Origin: Octopus bimaculoides
Lineage: Eukaryota
Assembly: GCF_001194135.2 (NCBI RefSeq)
Contig: NC_068982.1
Location: 190,256,390-190,308,557 of the forward strand
DNA length: 52,168 bases
Direction: 5' to 3'
In this document: positions 24,407 to 36,613 of the stretch, piece after piece
How positions within the stretch are numbered: position 1 is the stretch's first letter
How the letters are laid out: each line of letters begins with the position of its first letter
Made by a program: the position numbers and the translations under genes
The notes under the pieces: model-generated
Database searches by the model: none
The model's input: only the letters and a program-made list of their open reading frames with translations
What the model was told of the DNA's origin: nothing

Positions 24407-24627
24407 TATATCCTATATCCTATGTCCTATGTCTTATGTCCTGTGTCTTATGGCCTATATCCAATATCCTATGTCCTATGTTTTATGTCTTGCCATTCCT
24501 ATGTCCTATATCCTATGTCCTATAACCTATGTCCTATGTCTTATGTCCTGCCATTCCTATATCCTAGATCTTATGTCCTATCTTATATCCTATGTCCTAT
24601 GTCCTATGTCCTGCCATTCCTATGTCC
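24407..24627. repeat. 7-bp minisatellite (TRTCCTA)n with about 60-bp higher-order punctuation
   Basis: tatccta/tgtccta units, with gccattcc interruptions at about 24492, 24550 and 24613. Confidence 0.9.
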
Positions 24628-25039
24628 AGCTAAGTTTCTTTTTCCTTCAGTCTAAGTGAATTTGGTCAATTTCTTTAATCATTTCAGTTACTTTTCTTTT
24701 TACAGCAAGAAAAAGAAGAAAATATTTGTTAGAGGACACAATTTACAGAAGTGAACGGACAATAAAAAAGTATAAAAAGAGAGAAAAATGAATAAATAAA
24801 TAGAATAAAATGGAACAGAATGTCATGTGGACTCCCTTGTATATGCACCACGCAATGAGATAATAGTGTTCCCCTCTAGAGATTTTTGAGGCAGACCAAA
24901 ATTCTCAAGGAATAATGATTGGAAGGATAAGCCATTGAAATAGATGGGGACCCGAATGTGTTTTATACCAACACGTTCCACCATTTTGGTGACGATAACA
25001 AAAAACTTTCCTGTCAGTGGACCAGTTTCCTGAATATTA

Positions 25040-25463
25040 CAAATTGAAGGCAACCGGATCTGTGGAGCGTGAAGAATTGGATTCTTCATGACGACAATGC
25101 ACCCTGTCACTGAGCTCTCTTCACTCGTGAGTTTCTTGCCATAAACAGCATGAGGTCGCTTCCAGACCCATTCTATTCGCTAGGTTTAGCACCTTCGGGC
25201 TTCCATCTCTTCCCCAAGGTGGAAATGCAGCTCAAAGGTCACCGTTTTAACACCGTTGTCGAGATCAAAAGCGAATCGAAGAAGGTCCTCGAGTCTCTTA
25301 TGGAAAACGACTTCCAGGCTGGATTCCAAAAGTGACAGGAACACTGGGACCCGTGTATGGCAGCACAAAGTGACTCTTTTGAAAGAGGTGACGTTAAAAC
25401 TTCGGTAAATAAGTTATTTTTTATTAAACATAATTAGTCCGGGAACTTTTTGATACCACCTCG
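25040..25463 (+). mobile_element. Mariner (DD34D) transposase C-terminal fragment with right TIR
   Basis: Reads RPDLWSVKNWILHDDNAPCH..PFYSLGLAPSGFHLFPKVEMQLKGHRF..FQK*QEHWDPC, followed by the TIR-like gtccgggaactttttgataccacctcg. Confidence 0.85.
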
Positions 25464-26064
25464 GAGAATAACTTTATTACTTTGCCTTCCCCTTTAAAAG
25501 GGATTTGAATCATATTTCTAGCAATCTGTGCGGCGCTGTAGAAGCGAATCCAACCGCTTCAACCCACCAAGTCGCATTAGTTTCTCTGACAGAAAAAAAA
25601 TTTAAGGGAAAGACTGTTGACATTTAGCTCCCTGATCGAGCAGATCTATAAACAGAGGCGTTACAACCGTGACCTTCCATTCTGTTTGTATATCAGGAAC
25701 TGAACTACATTATTCAGTGAATCTTTCTTTATAAAAGAACGATGCTGTGTTATTTGACGTAAATTTGATAGCTATTTCTAGCAGGTCGAGAGAATGCGTA
25801 AAGGTCTCTTCGTTAGATTGTGCATAAAATATGTTTCCAGTCCGAGATAAAGCAATTTCAAGTGAAATATGATTCCAAAACGTTTTTTATGGTGACATAA
25901 ATAAAACGAAATGAAAATATAAAACAACTCCCCGTCCCACCCCACCTACCGTTTAACAATTAGTGTTGCTTTGTTTACGTCCCCGTAACCTAGCAGTTTG
26001 GCAAAAAAAAGCTAATAGAATAGGAACCAGGCTTAAAAACAGACACTAAAAAAAAAAATTTTTT

Positions 26065-26225
26065 CTTACAAGAAAGTCCCAAACAAGGCGAGAAGTCACT
26101 TAGTTTAAGGGACTTTGAAGAAGGAGAAATTAAAATGAGAGGAACGAAGAGTTCAGGTCACAAAAGGGGGGATAATGAGATGGAAGAAAGTTCCAAAGTC
26201 TGGCAATTCGAGGGAAAAAGCGACG
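26065..26225 (-). mobile_element. CR1/Jockey-group LINE 3' fragment inserted in a SINE tail
   Basis: The minus strand reads FFPRIARLWNFLPSH...DLNS (SFFPRTxxLWNxLP motif). It interrupts the SINE tail seen at about 25950-26040 and about 26270-26360. Confidence 0.55.
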
Positions 26226-27053
26226 ACCGTCGAAAGACGTCGTTAACAAACAAACAAACAAACAAATAAAGGCAAAGGAGTTGATTTGATCGACTAAAAC
26301 CCTTCAGGGCGCTACCCCAGCATGGCCACAGTCCAATGAATGAAATAAAAAGCTAAAAAGATATAAATATAGAATTCGCTCCTGTAAATATCACAAAAAA
26401 TATTGCTGTTGTTATTGAAGCGAAGGTCAGATCAGATGGATTGGACCAATTAGCGAAAGCCATTCCAACCATGGCAATACCTTTTTTGATTCGCGGCTAC
26501 ATTTCTAATATTTTAATCCATTTTTAAGCGCATTAGCGGGACTTATTAATTAGAATCTCAGTTGATTGCATGAAATCCATATAATTGAACTAAGGGAAAT
26601 AACTTAGTAGGTTTTGTTCTAGAGTTAAGTCCCTTTATTGGTCTTGACTTTTGTTTGAATAATATATTTCTTTTAAGGCGGCGAGCTGAGAGAATCGTTT
26701 GCACGCCGGGCGAAAAGCTTAGCGGTATTTTGTCTGTCTTTACGTTCTGAGTTCAAATTCCGCCGAGGTCAACTTTGCCTTTCACCCTATCGGGGTCGAT
26801 CAATCAACTATCAGTTGCGTACTGGGGTCGATCTAATCGACTGGCTCCCTCCCGCAAAATTCCGGGCCTTGTGCCTAGAGTAGAAAAGAATAATGTTCCT
26901 TTTCCCACTTTCCGATGATGCCATCTGTAAATATTGGAGATTTTGTTGCAAGAACTCCTTATTAACTCTACAAGCTTCGGAAATAGAACAATTGCTGTGA
27001 TACATTATTTACATTATTTACATTTGTTGGATATTTGTCCTCATCTTGTTGGT

Positions 27054-27242
27054 TGTTAACATAACGTTTCGGCTGATATACCCACCAAGCCTTCATCAGG
27101 TGTCTTGGGGAAATTTCGAAATAATTATGAGTATTATTATAACATCCAAAAATACCTTAGGAATGAGAACCCAAGTTCGATATTTCCCCCAACACACCTG
27201 ATGAAGACTGGAAGGTATATCAGCCGAAACGTTGTGTTAACA
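27054..27242. repeat. Fold-back element with about 67-bp imperfect inverted arms, each carrying a hammerhead motif
   Basis: 27054-27120 is the reverse complement of 27176-27242 with several substitutions. Confidence 0.88.
27194..27237 (+). ncRNA. Minimal hammerhead ribozyme motif (mirror on - at about 27059-27103)
   Basis: ACAC-CTGATGA-A-GaCTG(gaaggtatat)CAGcC-GAAA-CGTT|GTGT: core intact, palindromic AACGTT stem III, 4-bp stem I, GUU triplet. The minus copy has a perfect GGCT/AGCC stem II. Confidence 0.6.
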
Positions 27243-27798
27243 GTCTTGGAAATCATTTTATTACACTGGAGAGACCGCGTACATCGCGTACGACAGGGAG
27301 ATGACTGGATGAGGGAGCAGAGCCATTGTTTAAAAGCCATGCGTCCTTCAGGTTCACGAATTTTAGATTTGCGTCCGAAAATCTCCGAGATCAACTCTAT
27401 CTTTTTATCTTGTGTGGAATCATTGGAAATAAGTTCCAGTTTCAAAGATCAATAAATGAATGAGAGACGAATTTATATCTGGATGGGTGACAGCAACTAT
27501 TACAGTTAATTTTTTATCCTCGAAAGAAATTGAAGTGTTGAATCACTCATTAATTTTACGATGCTCCTGCTGCTTGCATGAGTGAGTTATTTCACTTGAT
27601 GAATTGTGGTCTGTGTATTTGTGATCAATAATATGAGATAGGATCCGGACGGAAGGTGTATGCGAGCAGCTGCAGTTAATATGTTTCATAAATGGAACAT
27701 GACAAAATTAACGGGACATAATTATGCGGTGAGGAAAAATCAATATTAGTTTACAGTCAAGGATGTTTCAATCACTTCATCAAGTATAGGGGAGACAA

Positions 27799-27840
27799 CT
27801 TCGGACACGTTTCGTTATTATTTTGACCTCATCAGTAAAG
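27799..27840 (-). ncRNA. Solo hammerhead-like motif, partly degenerate; same family as 44180-44220
   Basis: The minus strand reads cttta-CTGATGA-GGTCaaaataatAAC-GAAAC-gt-GTC|cgaag, followed by ttgtctcccctatacttg. Confidence 0.5.
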
Positions 27841-30112
27841 CTTATACTGTATTATCCTGGCTGAAGTAGCGATGGGAAAATTAGTAAATAAATGAGCATG
27901 ATTGTGCGCTGACGTGTCGCAGAAAACCAGGATTGTTCTAAGAATTACTGACGAAATAAGTTTTATTGTGGAGAGCAGAAACAAAATAACTGACATAGCA
28001 GTATCATCAAGGGATGGCCCAGGGGGCTGTTGACCCTTGGTGCAGTTTTGATGCTTACAGTTGATGATTGCATTTCTAGGTTGTTGGTTATCATGGCGTA
28101 TTGGAAATTTCACTATAAACACTTTTGCCGAAGGAAAATTTGCCACAGGAAATTTCGTTTTAAAAGACACAACACCCACCCACCATATTTTTTTTAATTG
28201 GCGTTGAATAAAGACTTGCCTATTTAATGCTTTTATAAATTCTTTCATCGTTCTTATTTTTATTTTTAAAAAAACGTATAATACTCTTTATTATTGTTGT
28301 CCATTCGGCAAATTTAGCTTCTGGCGAATTTTCCTGTATGGTGAAATTTCTTTCGGCTAATTTTCCGGATATGCTTATAATGTCCCTTTAAATTAAAAAA
28401 TAGGATATGTGATTCTAAACAGAATTCTTAACCAATTTGCTCTGCTAATCTTAATAGAATTGTAGCAGATTCTGAATTTGAATGAAGATAAAGAACTGCC
28501 GGTCAATGATTGGTCAAAATGCTTTAGACAACATCACAGAGAATTACTGACCATTCCTGAAAGGTGCTTCTACTAAATAGGAAAATAAGTCAGATGTGTC
28601 GATGCCGTGGTGTGAATGAAGCAGAAGACGGATTATACATGTTTGTGTGCGTGTGTGTGTGTGTGTATGTGTGCATGCGTGTGAGTGCGTATGTTTGTGA
28701 AGAAAAATGAAGAAAAAGAATATGAAGATTGAGAAGTTAATAATTGTTTATTATTAACAGCGAATTAATCATTGCNNNNNNNNNNNNNNNNNNNNNNNNN
28801 NNNNNNNNNNNNNNNNNNNNNNNNNNNNNNNNNNNNNNNNNNNNNNNNNNNNNNNNNNNNNNNNNNNNNNNNNNNNNNNNNNNNNNNNNNNNNNNNNNNN
28901 NNNNNNNNNNNNNNNNNNNNNNNNNNNNNNNNNNNNNNNNNNNNNNNNNNNNNNNNNNNNNNNNNNNNNNNNNNNNNNNNNNNNNNNNNNNNNNNNNNNN
29001 NNNNNNNNNNNNNNNNNNNNNNNNNNNNNNNNNNNNNNNNNNNNNNNNNNNNNNNNNNNNNNNNNNNNNNNNNNNNNNNNNNNNNNNNNNNNNNNNNNNN
29101 NNNNNNNNNNNNNNNNNNNNNNNNNNNNNNNNNNNNNNNNNNNNNNNNNNNNNNNNNNNNNNNNNNNNNNNNNNNNNNNNNNNNNNNNNNNNNNNNNNNN
29201 NNNNNNNNNNNNNNNNNNNNNNNNNNNNNNNNNNNNNNNNNNNNNNNNNNNNNNNNNNNNNNNNNNNNNNNNNNNNNNNNNNNNNNNNNNNNNNNNNNNA
29301 TATATATATATATATATATATATATACGACGGGCTTCTTTAAGTTTCCGTCGACTAAATCCTTTCACTTTGGTCGGCCCATTTGCCCAAGGTTCCACGCA
29401 ATGGGACTGAACCCGGAACCATGTGGTTAGGAAGCAAGCTTCTTAGCACACAACCACAATCAGAAGAACGTCTCTACCATGCTGAGAATGATAGAGGAAG
29501 ATCGATAATGACAAGAGGAATTTCCATTACGTGAGGTGAAGGAGACAGGAAAACCAATTATGTACAGAGAAATTCTCCTGCTATGATCCAAATAATACAG
29601 GAAGACCAATTATGAATAGAGTAATGTAGAAGACAAGTTGAAATCAGAAACCAACAGGAAAACATGACTGTATTTATATTTGAGAAAGAATAACTAGGTT
29701 TATGATCATTAAATGTTATGTACATATGTAGAAGTGGCCGATATGGGAACGAATTTGCGGTGTGATAAAAGTTTATTCTGGGTAAATGGTGGGCGAAAAT
29801 TAAACTGATTAAACTTATCGACAAAAAGAAACAGATTTTATACTGGATCCTAGGTATAAGAATGTTTCTGCAAGTCGATAGATTCTTGTTGTGGGATTTC
29901 AGGTGAATCGCTTCAGTAGAAATGTTGTTTTTTTTGTTTCTATTTAAAGCAATCAACAATTTTAGGTTGGAGAATCATAATGATGCAATTCCTCTCATTA
30001 TTTTTAACAACCACGCACATATGATGACATCTCTTACTCTCTTTTTCTTTTTCTCTCTCTCTCCCTTTCTCTCTCTCTCCCTTTCTCTCTCTCTCTCTCT
30101 CTCTCTTTGTCT

Positions 30113-30160
<48 letters not shown>

Positions 30161-30565
30161 NNNNNNNNNNNNNNNNNNNNNNNNNNNNNNNNNNNNNNNN
30201 NNNNNNNNNNNNNNNNNNNNNNNNNNNNNNNNNNNNNNNNNNNNNNNNNNNNNNNNNNNNNNNNNNNNNNNNNNNNNNNNNNNNNNNNNNNNNNNNNNNN
30301 NNNNNNNNNNNNNNNNNNNNNNNNNNNNNNNNNNNNNNNNNNNNNNNNNNNNNNNNNNNNNNNNNNNNNNNNNNNNNNNNNNNNNNNNNNNNNNNNNNNN
30401 NNNNNNNNNNNNNNNNNNNNNNNNNNNNNNNNNNNNNNNNNNNNNNNNNNNNNNNNNNNNNNNNNNNNNNNNNNNNNNNNNNNNNNNNNNNNNNNNNNNN
30501 NNNNNNNNNNNNNNNNNNNNNNNNNNNNNNNNNNNNNNNNNNNNNNNNNNNNNNNNNNNNNNNNN

Positions 30566-30595
<30 letters not shown>

Positions 30596-30596
<1 letters not shown>

Positions 30597-30676
30597 TGGG
30601 GTTGGACAAAATAACGGAATCACATTGCATCATAATTTTGAAATATTCATAAAACCGTCAAAAGCTTGTTTATTTT
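30596..30676 (+). mobile_element. Isolated terminal fragment of the same Tc1 family, inverted relative to 50733
   Basis: ggggttggacaaaataacggaatcac..gcatcataattttgaaatattcataaaaccgtcaaaagcttgtttatt is the reverse complement of about 50648-50733 with several substitutions and a short indel; preceded by (TA)n. Confidence 0.75.
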
Positions 30677-31875
30677 TATGTATGTATGTATATGTATATA
30701 TACACACATGCGCACACAAACACACTGTTTTGTGTTAAGGTAAAATCAACCAAAAAACTACTCCATCCAGTGAGAGATAAATATCATTTAGTGTACATAA
30801 TATAAAGATAAGAACCACTTCTAGTTTCTTGCTGTGAAGACACGTGGCAAGACAAGCTATTATAACATAGACCTACGATTCGTTTTCAAAAAATTTTGTC
30901 TTCCTCAGCAAAATCAAGGAGATTCTGTGCATCTGAAAACCAGTCTTCTTTTTGAGACGACCGCACTCAACACACTTTACTGCTAAGTACTGTTATAAAC
31001 AAAGGAAGTGTGAGTGAACGATATAACTTAATGTACACACACTGTGCTTTAGCTCTGTTATCATAGCAACAATCCGAATACTTTTTGATCAGACCAAACA
31101 TTGGTAAGCTACTCCTATAACATTGATTTAAAGTAAAAAAAAAATGATATAAACAAAATAAAACTTTATCACAATATTATACAACGTGATAATACATCGT
31201 GATAATACATTACCTTTCCATATTTATAATCACACAACAGTTGATTTATACCAACCAACGGTAATCACTCTCACTGCTTTTAACAAGTCTACTGATAAAT
31301 AATTCATCCACCAGTAGATATATTGGTTTCAAGTTTCGGCACAAAGTGACGCGAAGTTTCATATCAAAAGATATAAGACAATCGTCGGACGATAAAAATA
31401 CAATTCCGTACCTGAATATCAGTAAAATATTTGAATGGTTATTTTGTTCCGAACAGAGCTTTCAGTATTAAATTACAAGTCCCAAGATTCGATAAACCTA
31501 TTATACGTTAATAATTACTGGTGGATTAAGGTGGCGAGGTGGCAGAGTCGTTAACACGCCGGATAAAATAATTTAACGGAACTTCCTCCGTCCTTATGTT
31601 CTGAGTTCAGAGGTCGACTTTGACTTTTATCCTTTCGGGGTCGATAAGTACCAGTTGAGCACTAGTATCGATGTAATCGATTTAACCTCTCCTCTAAGAC
31701 TGCTGGCCTTGTGCCAAAACTTGAAACCAGTATATCTAATGGTGGATGAGTCATTTACCCGTGGACTTGTTAAAAGCATTGAGGGTGATTGCCGTTGGGT
31801 GGTAAATCAACTGTTGTCTGATTATAAATATGGAAAGGTAAAGGGCTGAGAAGAGTTTACGGGGTTGGCTGGGAT

Positions 31876-31921
31876 TATGATCACCCACAATTCAGCGATA
31901 AGTGAATTGTGGGTGATCATA
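31876..31921. repeat. Perfect 19-bp inverted repeat with an 8-nt loop
   Basis: tatgatcacccacaattca-gcgataag-tgaattgtgggtgatcata. Confidence 0.9.
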
Positions 31922-32324
31922 TGAAGAACAGAAGAAGAGGAGGATAGAGAAAACAGGATGAAGGAAGAGAAAAGAAAAAAATAAGAGAAGGGGAGTGTGT
32001 GTGTGTATGTGCGTGCGTGTGTTCACTGTATGAAGGTAAGAGCTGCTACTAGTTTCATGCTGTGAAGACACGTGGCTAGGCAGGGTTTTACAACATGCCT
32101 TGTCTCTCCAAGCAATTTTCTGGCTTTGAATATATGGTTCGTTCTATTTGAATATCTGGACGTTGGTGCATGAGAAACCACGAGAAAACAAAAACCCAGA
32201 AATATGAAACAGATTTCGTTTTTTTTCATGTTTTGTTATACACCAGCGCCTGATTTTCAAATAGAATAGACCATGTGCTCAGAGCCTGGAAATTGCTTGG
32301 GGACACAAGGTGTGTTGTGGAAAA

Positions 32325-32425
32325 CTTCAACAAGATTTCAAGACGTTGAGGAAATCCAAGAGAACGCAAGAAGGCAGCTGCTCGCTATCCCCAAAAAGGA
32401 GTTCCAGGATGCTTTCACCAGTGGA
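32325..32425 (+). mobile_element. Short mariner transposase fragment
   Basis: TRFQDVEEIQENARRQLLAIPKKEFQDAF matches the post-YSPDLAP helix of mariner transposases. Confidence 0.6.
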
Positions 32426-33558
32426 AACGATGATAAATATAGTAATGCACCACCAAAGCGATCTTTCAGGCCCACCTTTGTAGTTCAGGTTTTGTTTCTA
32501 TAGAATGCTCTCTTCAGACGCCCTGAAGGAGGCCAGCCTTGTCGACTTTGAAATGATTGATTACCTGATACTTTGAAGTTTGTTAGAGGTTGCCTCAAGA
32601 CGGATGTGGGTCAGGAGGTGCAAGCCTTGGAAGGAGCAGTGCTACCCGGGGTAGAGCTATTTGGACACAAGCTGGGGATTGATCAAACCTGGCTGGGTCA
32701 CCCGGGGAAGGATGTCTGATGTTGAAAGTCCCATAACATCTAATAACCCCAAGAAACATCACTGATGATGTGTCCAGAGGCCTCGCAGGATGTGGTGGAT
32801 GGAAATACTTACTGCCAGCGACACAGTATCCAGAATATGCGACCACCTTGAATTACGTGCCATCGTTGGAACAAACTGAGTGGAAGTGGCGTTCCTCTTC
32901 GTGTGGTCATGTCCTCAATCTTGTTTCAATTGAGAAACAGAATGACTTAGGCTACAACCTTCTCAAGGGACGGCAATAAACCTTTCGCATTGCACACTGG
33001 GTAAGTTGTGTGGCTGAGACCCCGAAGAGAGTGAAGATCGGGAAGGTACAGGGTCGGCTGATGCTTGAACATTAATCTAATTGAAAAACTAAGTTTCTTC
33101 ACATCAAACTGGTCGCCATATTAAATAAACCCCAATCACGTGACTATGGAGATGAACCACGTGATATACTATGCAATGCTACGTGTAACAGGAATGGTGC
33201 AGTATAAAGATTCCCGCCTGTTGTATTGCGGGCTGTTTTTCTTTGGGTAATCTGTGGTGTTACGTGGCGTGGTGTTGTCTACGAGGAAACGCTTCACTGA
33301 ACCTACACTCGCTGGTTACATATGTATTAAGGTGGCGAGCGGGCAGAATAGTTAGCATGCCGGACAAAATACTTAGCGGCATTTCATCCGTCTTTTCGTT
33401 CTGAGTGCAAATTTCGCCGAGGTCGACCTTGCCTTTCATCCGTTCAGGGTAGATAAAATAAGTACCAGTTGAGCACTGGGGTCGATGTAAGTTAGCTGTC
33501 GCCCCGAAATTGCCGGCCTTGTGCCAAAATTTGAAGGCGATGATTACGTATATTTTTG

Positions 33559-33600
<42 letters not shown>

Positions 33601-34288
33601 NNNNNNNNNNNNNNNNNNNNNNNNNNNNNNNNNNNNNNNNNNNNNNNNNNNNNNNNNNNNNNNNNNNNNNNNNNNNNNNNNNNNNNNNNNNNNNNNNNNN
33701 NNNNNNNNNNNNNNNNNNNNNNNNNNNNNNNNNNNNNNNNNNNNNNNNNNNNNNNNNNNNNNNNNNNNNNNNNNNNNNNNNNNNNNNNNNNNNNNNNNNN
33801 NNNNNNNNNNNNNNNNNNNNNNNNNNNNNNNNNNNNNNNNNNNNNNNNNNNNNNNNNNNNNNNNNNNNNNNNNNNNNNNNNNNNNNNNNNNNNNNNNNNN
33901 NNNNNNNNNNNNNNNNNNNNNNNNNNNNNNNNNNNNNNNNNNNNNNNNNNNNNNNNNNNNNNNNNNNNNNNNNNNNNNNNNNNNNNNNNNNNNNNNNNNN
34001 NNNNNNNNNNNNNNNNNNNNNNNNNNNNNNNNNNNNNNNNNNNNNNNNNNNNNNNNNNNNNNNNNNNNNGACAACTACGTCAGAAATAACGTAAGAACAT
34101 TTCTGTGTCTGTCGTCATATTACATTTCCAAAGCACTTCTGTCGTCCTTAAAAGTGAATTGTTAAAAAGCAATGACGTAACAATCGTTAATGATGAACTA
34201 ATGCATCTTTGAAGTGGCTTTTATTGATGTCAGGAAAAAATGAGAAACCGGATCTATGTTAAATATTTATTTTGTACGTCGCTGTAGA

Positions 34289-34666
34289 GGCGCAATGGCC
34301 CAGTGGTTAGAGCAGCGGATTCGCGGTCATAGGGTCGCGGTTTCGACCCCTAGATCTGACGTTGTGAGTGTTTATTGAGCGAAAATAGCCAAAGTTCCAC
34401 GAGATTCCGACAGGAGGTGGAGGTAAACTCTGCTGTATTTTTTCACCACAACTTTCTCTCCCTATTTCTTCATCTTTCTGATGTACCTGTATTTCAAAGG
34501 GGCCAGACTTGTCGCACTCTGTGTCACGATGAATCTCCCCGAGAACTACGTTAAGGGTACACGTGTCTGTGGAATGCTCAGCCACTTGCACGTTAATTTC
34601 ACGAGCAGGCTGTTCCGTTGCTCGGATCAACTGGAACCCTCATCGTTGCAACCGACGGAGTGCCAC
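34289..34666 (+). mobile_element. tRNA-derived SINE, third family (tRNA-like head, not a functional tRNA)
   Basis: A box TGGCCCAGTGG and B-box-like GGTTTCGACCC, then a tail ...gcacgttaatttcacgagcaggctgttccgttg.tcggatcaactggaaccctc..accgacggagtgcca shared with 42838-43138. Confidence 0.8.
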
Positions 34667-36556
34667 GATGTGTATGATCTTTTAATGGTATTGTGAGTTG
34701 GCAGGACCTTACTGTACCATACTATCTCAGTTTGTATGGCTTTACAATTTTATTCTATGTATGACCTTTCTATTATGATGCATATCAATCAGTATGACTT
34801 AACTATTGCATTGTATGTCAATTTATATGATCTTACTATTATATTCTATGTCAATTTGCATATTTCTGGTGGTTCATTTGTTCTTTTGAGATACTTAAAC
34901 GTGGGGAGGAAAATACATAAAATATATCATTTATCTTTTTTTTTTTAATCTATCATTAGATACTCTATTACATAGGCGCATGCGTGGATGTGTGGAAGGA
35001 AGCTTGCTTCCCAACTACATGGATTTGGTATACGGAACTGAAAGGAAACCCTTGAATATATATGTATATATACCCGTTTAATGACTGAAACAAGTAAAAG
35101 ATGAAAAAATGCCTGCCCGGGGCCCTGCGTATACCTCGCAGGACCATGGCCCTGTCCTTGTGAGGTGTCTCCACAAAGTGGCTCTCTGGGAATGACAGTT
35201 TTATTCATATAAAACCGTCAGTTGCTCATGTGACTCGTCTCTTCTCTCCGGGCTATTGATGTTGTCAAATGGGAAGAGGTGCAGGTTTCTGGAAAGTCGG
35301 TGAAGTCTAGTGTCATTCAGAGGTCGTTGCCTCTTGACTACGGCTACAATGGGCATTGCCACTCAACAATTAATCAAACTGAAGCGTATCATTAACTATT
35401 CACCATTATGTCATTAAACCATTTTGTCATTAACGTTAAACCAATATTTCAATGTTTAAACAAATCATTCTAGAACATTTCAGTGACTTTTTAATATTTT
35501 TGAACTTTTTATTATTATTTTTTATTTAACTTAAACAAACGAAGGTAAAACATATCTCTTTCCATCTGCAATTTTGGAACATGTCACCTTTAAAACAGTA
35601 GGATATGATCTAAAGAACAATAGGCTGCTATTTCTAGCAAGTTTGACAACCACGTAGAACATGGCATGATGGCAGAAACAGTAAAGTATTGACCTAAATG
35701 TCTTGTATTAGGTTGCAACCCTCTCAGTTCTGAGTTCATTTCTGGCTTATGTCAACTTTGCGTTTTATCATTCAATGAAGATCGATGAAATAATGTGCCA
35801 GATAAATATTGGAGATCGATATACCCAAATATATCAGATCTAGAAAAATGCATTGCATTTGTGAGAAATGGTTATAGTAACCGTGTCAGGCACTGATTAA
35901 AGACGGTGTCGATCTCGGGATTGACCAGGAGCCTGTCTTTGTTAAAAAAAACCTAGCAAACGCAGAAAATATAATTCTGTAGACGATAGACAGACGCATG
36001 TGTGGTTGTGTGGTAAAAGAGTTATTTTTATAAGATAATGCATACCTTTTCTAAGGAGGAGTATAATTATCTTTACTGGGACCCCCGACTTGCTTCTGCC
36101 GGATTACCTGCAGGCGGCGAGAGATTTGATCGGGGGCGGTGGAGTGAGAGGTCTCGGTGCCTCGATTAACTTAGAACTTTTTGACTATTTTATTTTTGTG
36201 TTTTAATGAACAATTGTAAGAGGTTTATCGCCTCATGCATCACAAATAAGAGAACAATGTCTTCGGTTTCCGGAAAACAACAGTCGGCGGGCATTGTCCG
36301 TTTCCCCCATTAATCATCATTTTCACTTTTCATCTCGTATAACGTTATGCCTGTGTCCAGCCCGCAGCTTCCTTCTTTCTCTGTGTAAGGCCATTATGGC
36401 CAATTTAGTGAAATAAAGAAGTCTGCTTCCCAACCACATAGATCCGGACTCAGTCCCACTGCGTGGCACCTTGGGCAAGTGTCTCCTACTAAAGCCTCAG
36501 GCCGACTAAAGGCTTGTGAGTGGATTAAGTAGATGGAAACTTAAAGAAGCCCGTCG

Positions 36557-36613
<57 letters not shown>

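Noticed and set aside
24407-24627. CRISPR-like or coding (YPMSYVL repeat) interpretation of the periodic region
   Set aside because: It is eukaryotic DNA with no unique spacers; the ORFs arise because a 7-mer repeat lacks stops in some frames.
34289-34360. Possible tRNA gene
   Set aside because: The cloverleaf is incomplete and it runs straight into a SINE body shared with 42838; it is a SINE head.
36230-36400. Possible L1 C-terminal Cys motif on the minus strand; likewise CR1-like traces at 29500-29900 and 39760-40000
   Set aside because: They need several assumed frameshifts; not supportable without an alignment.
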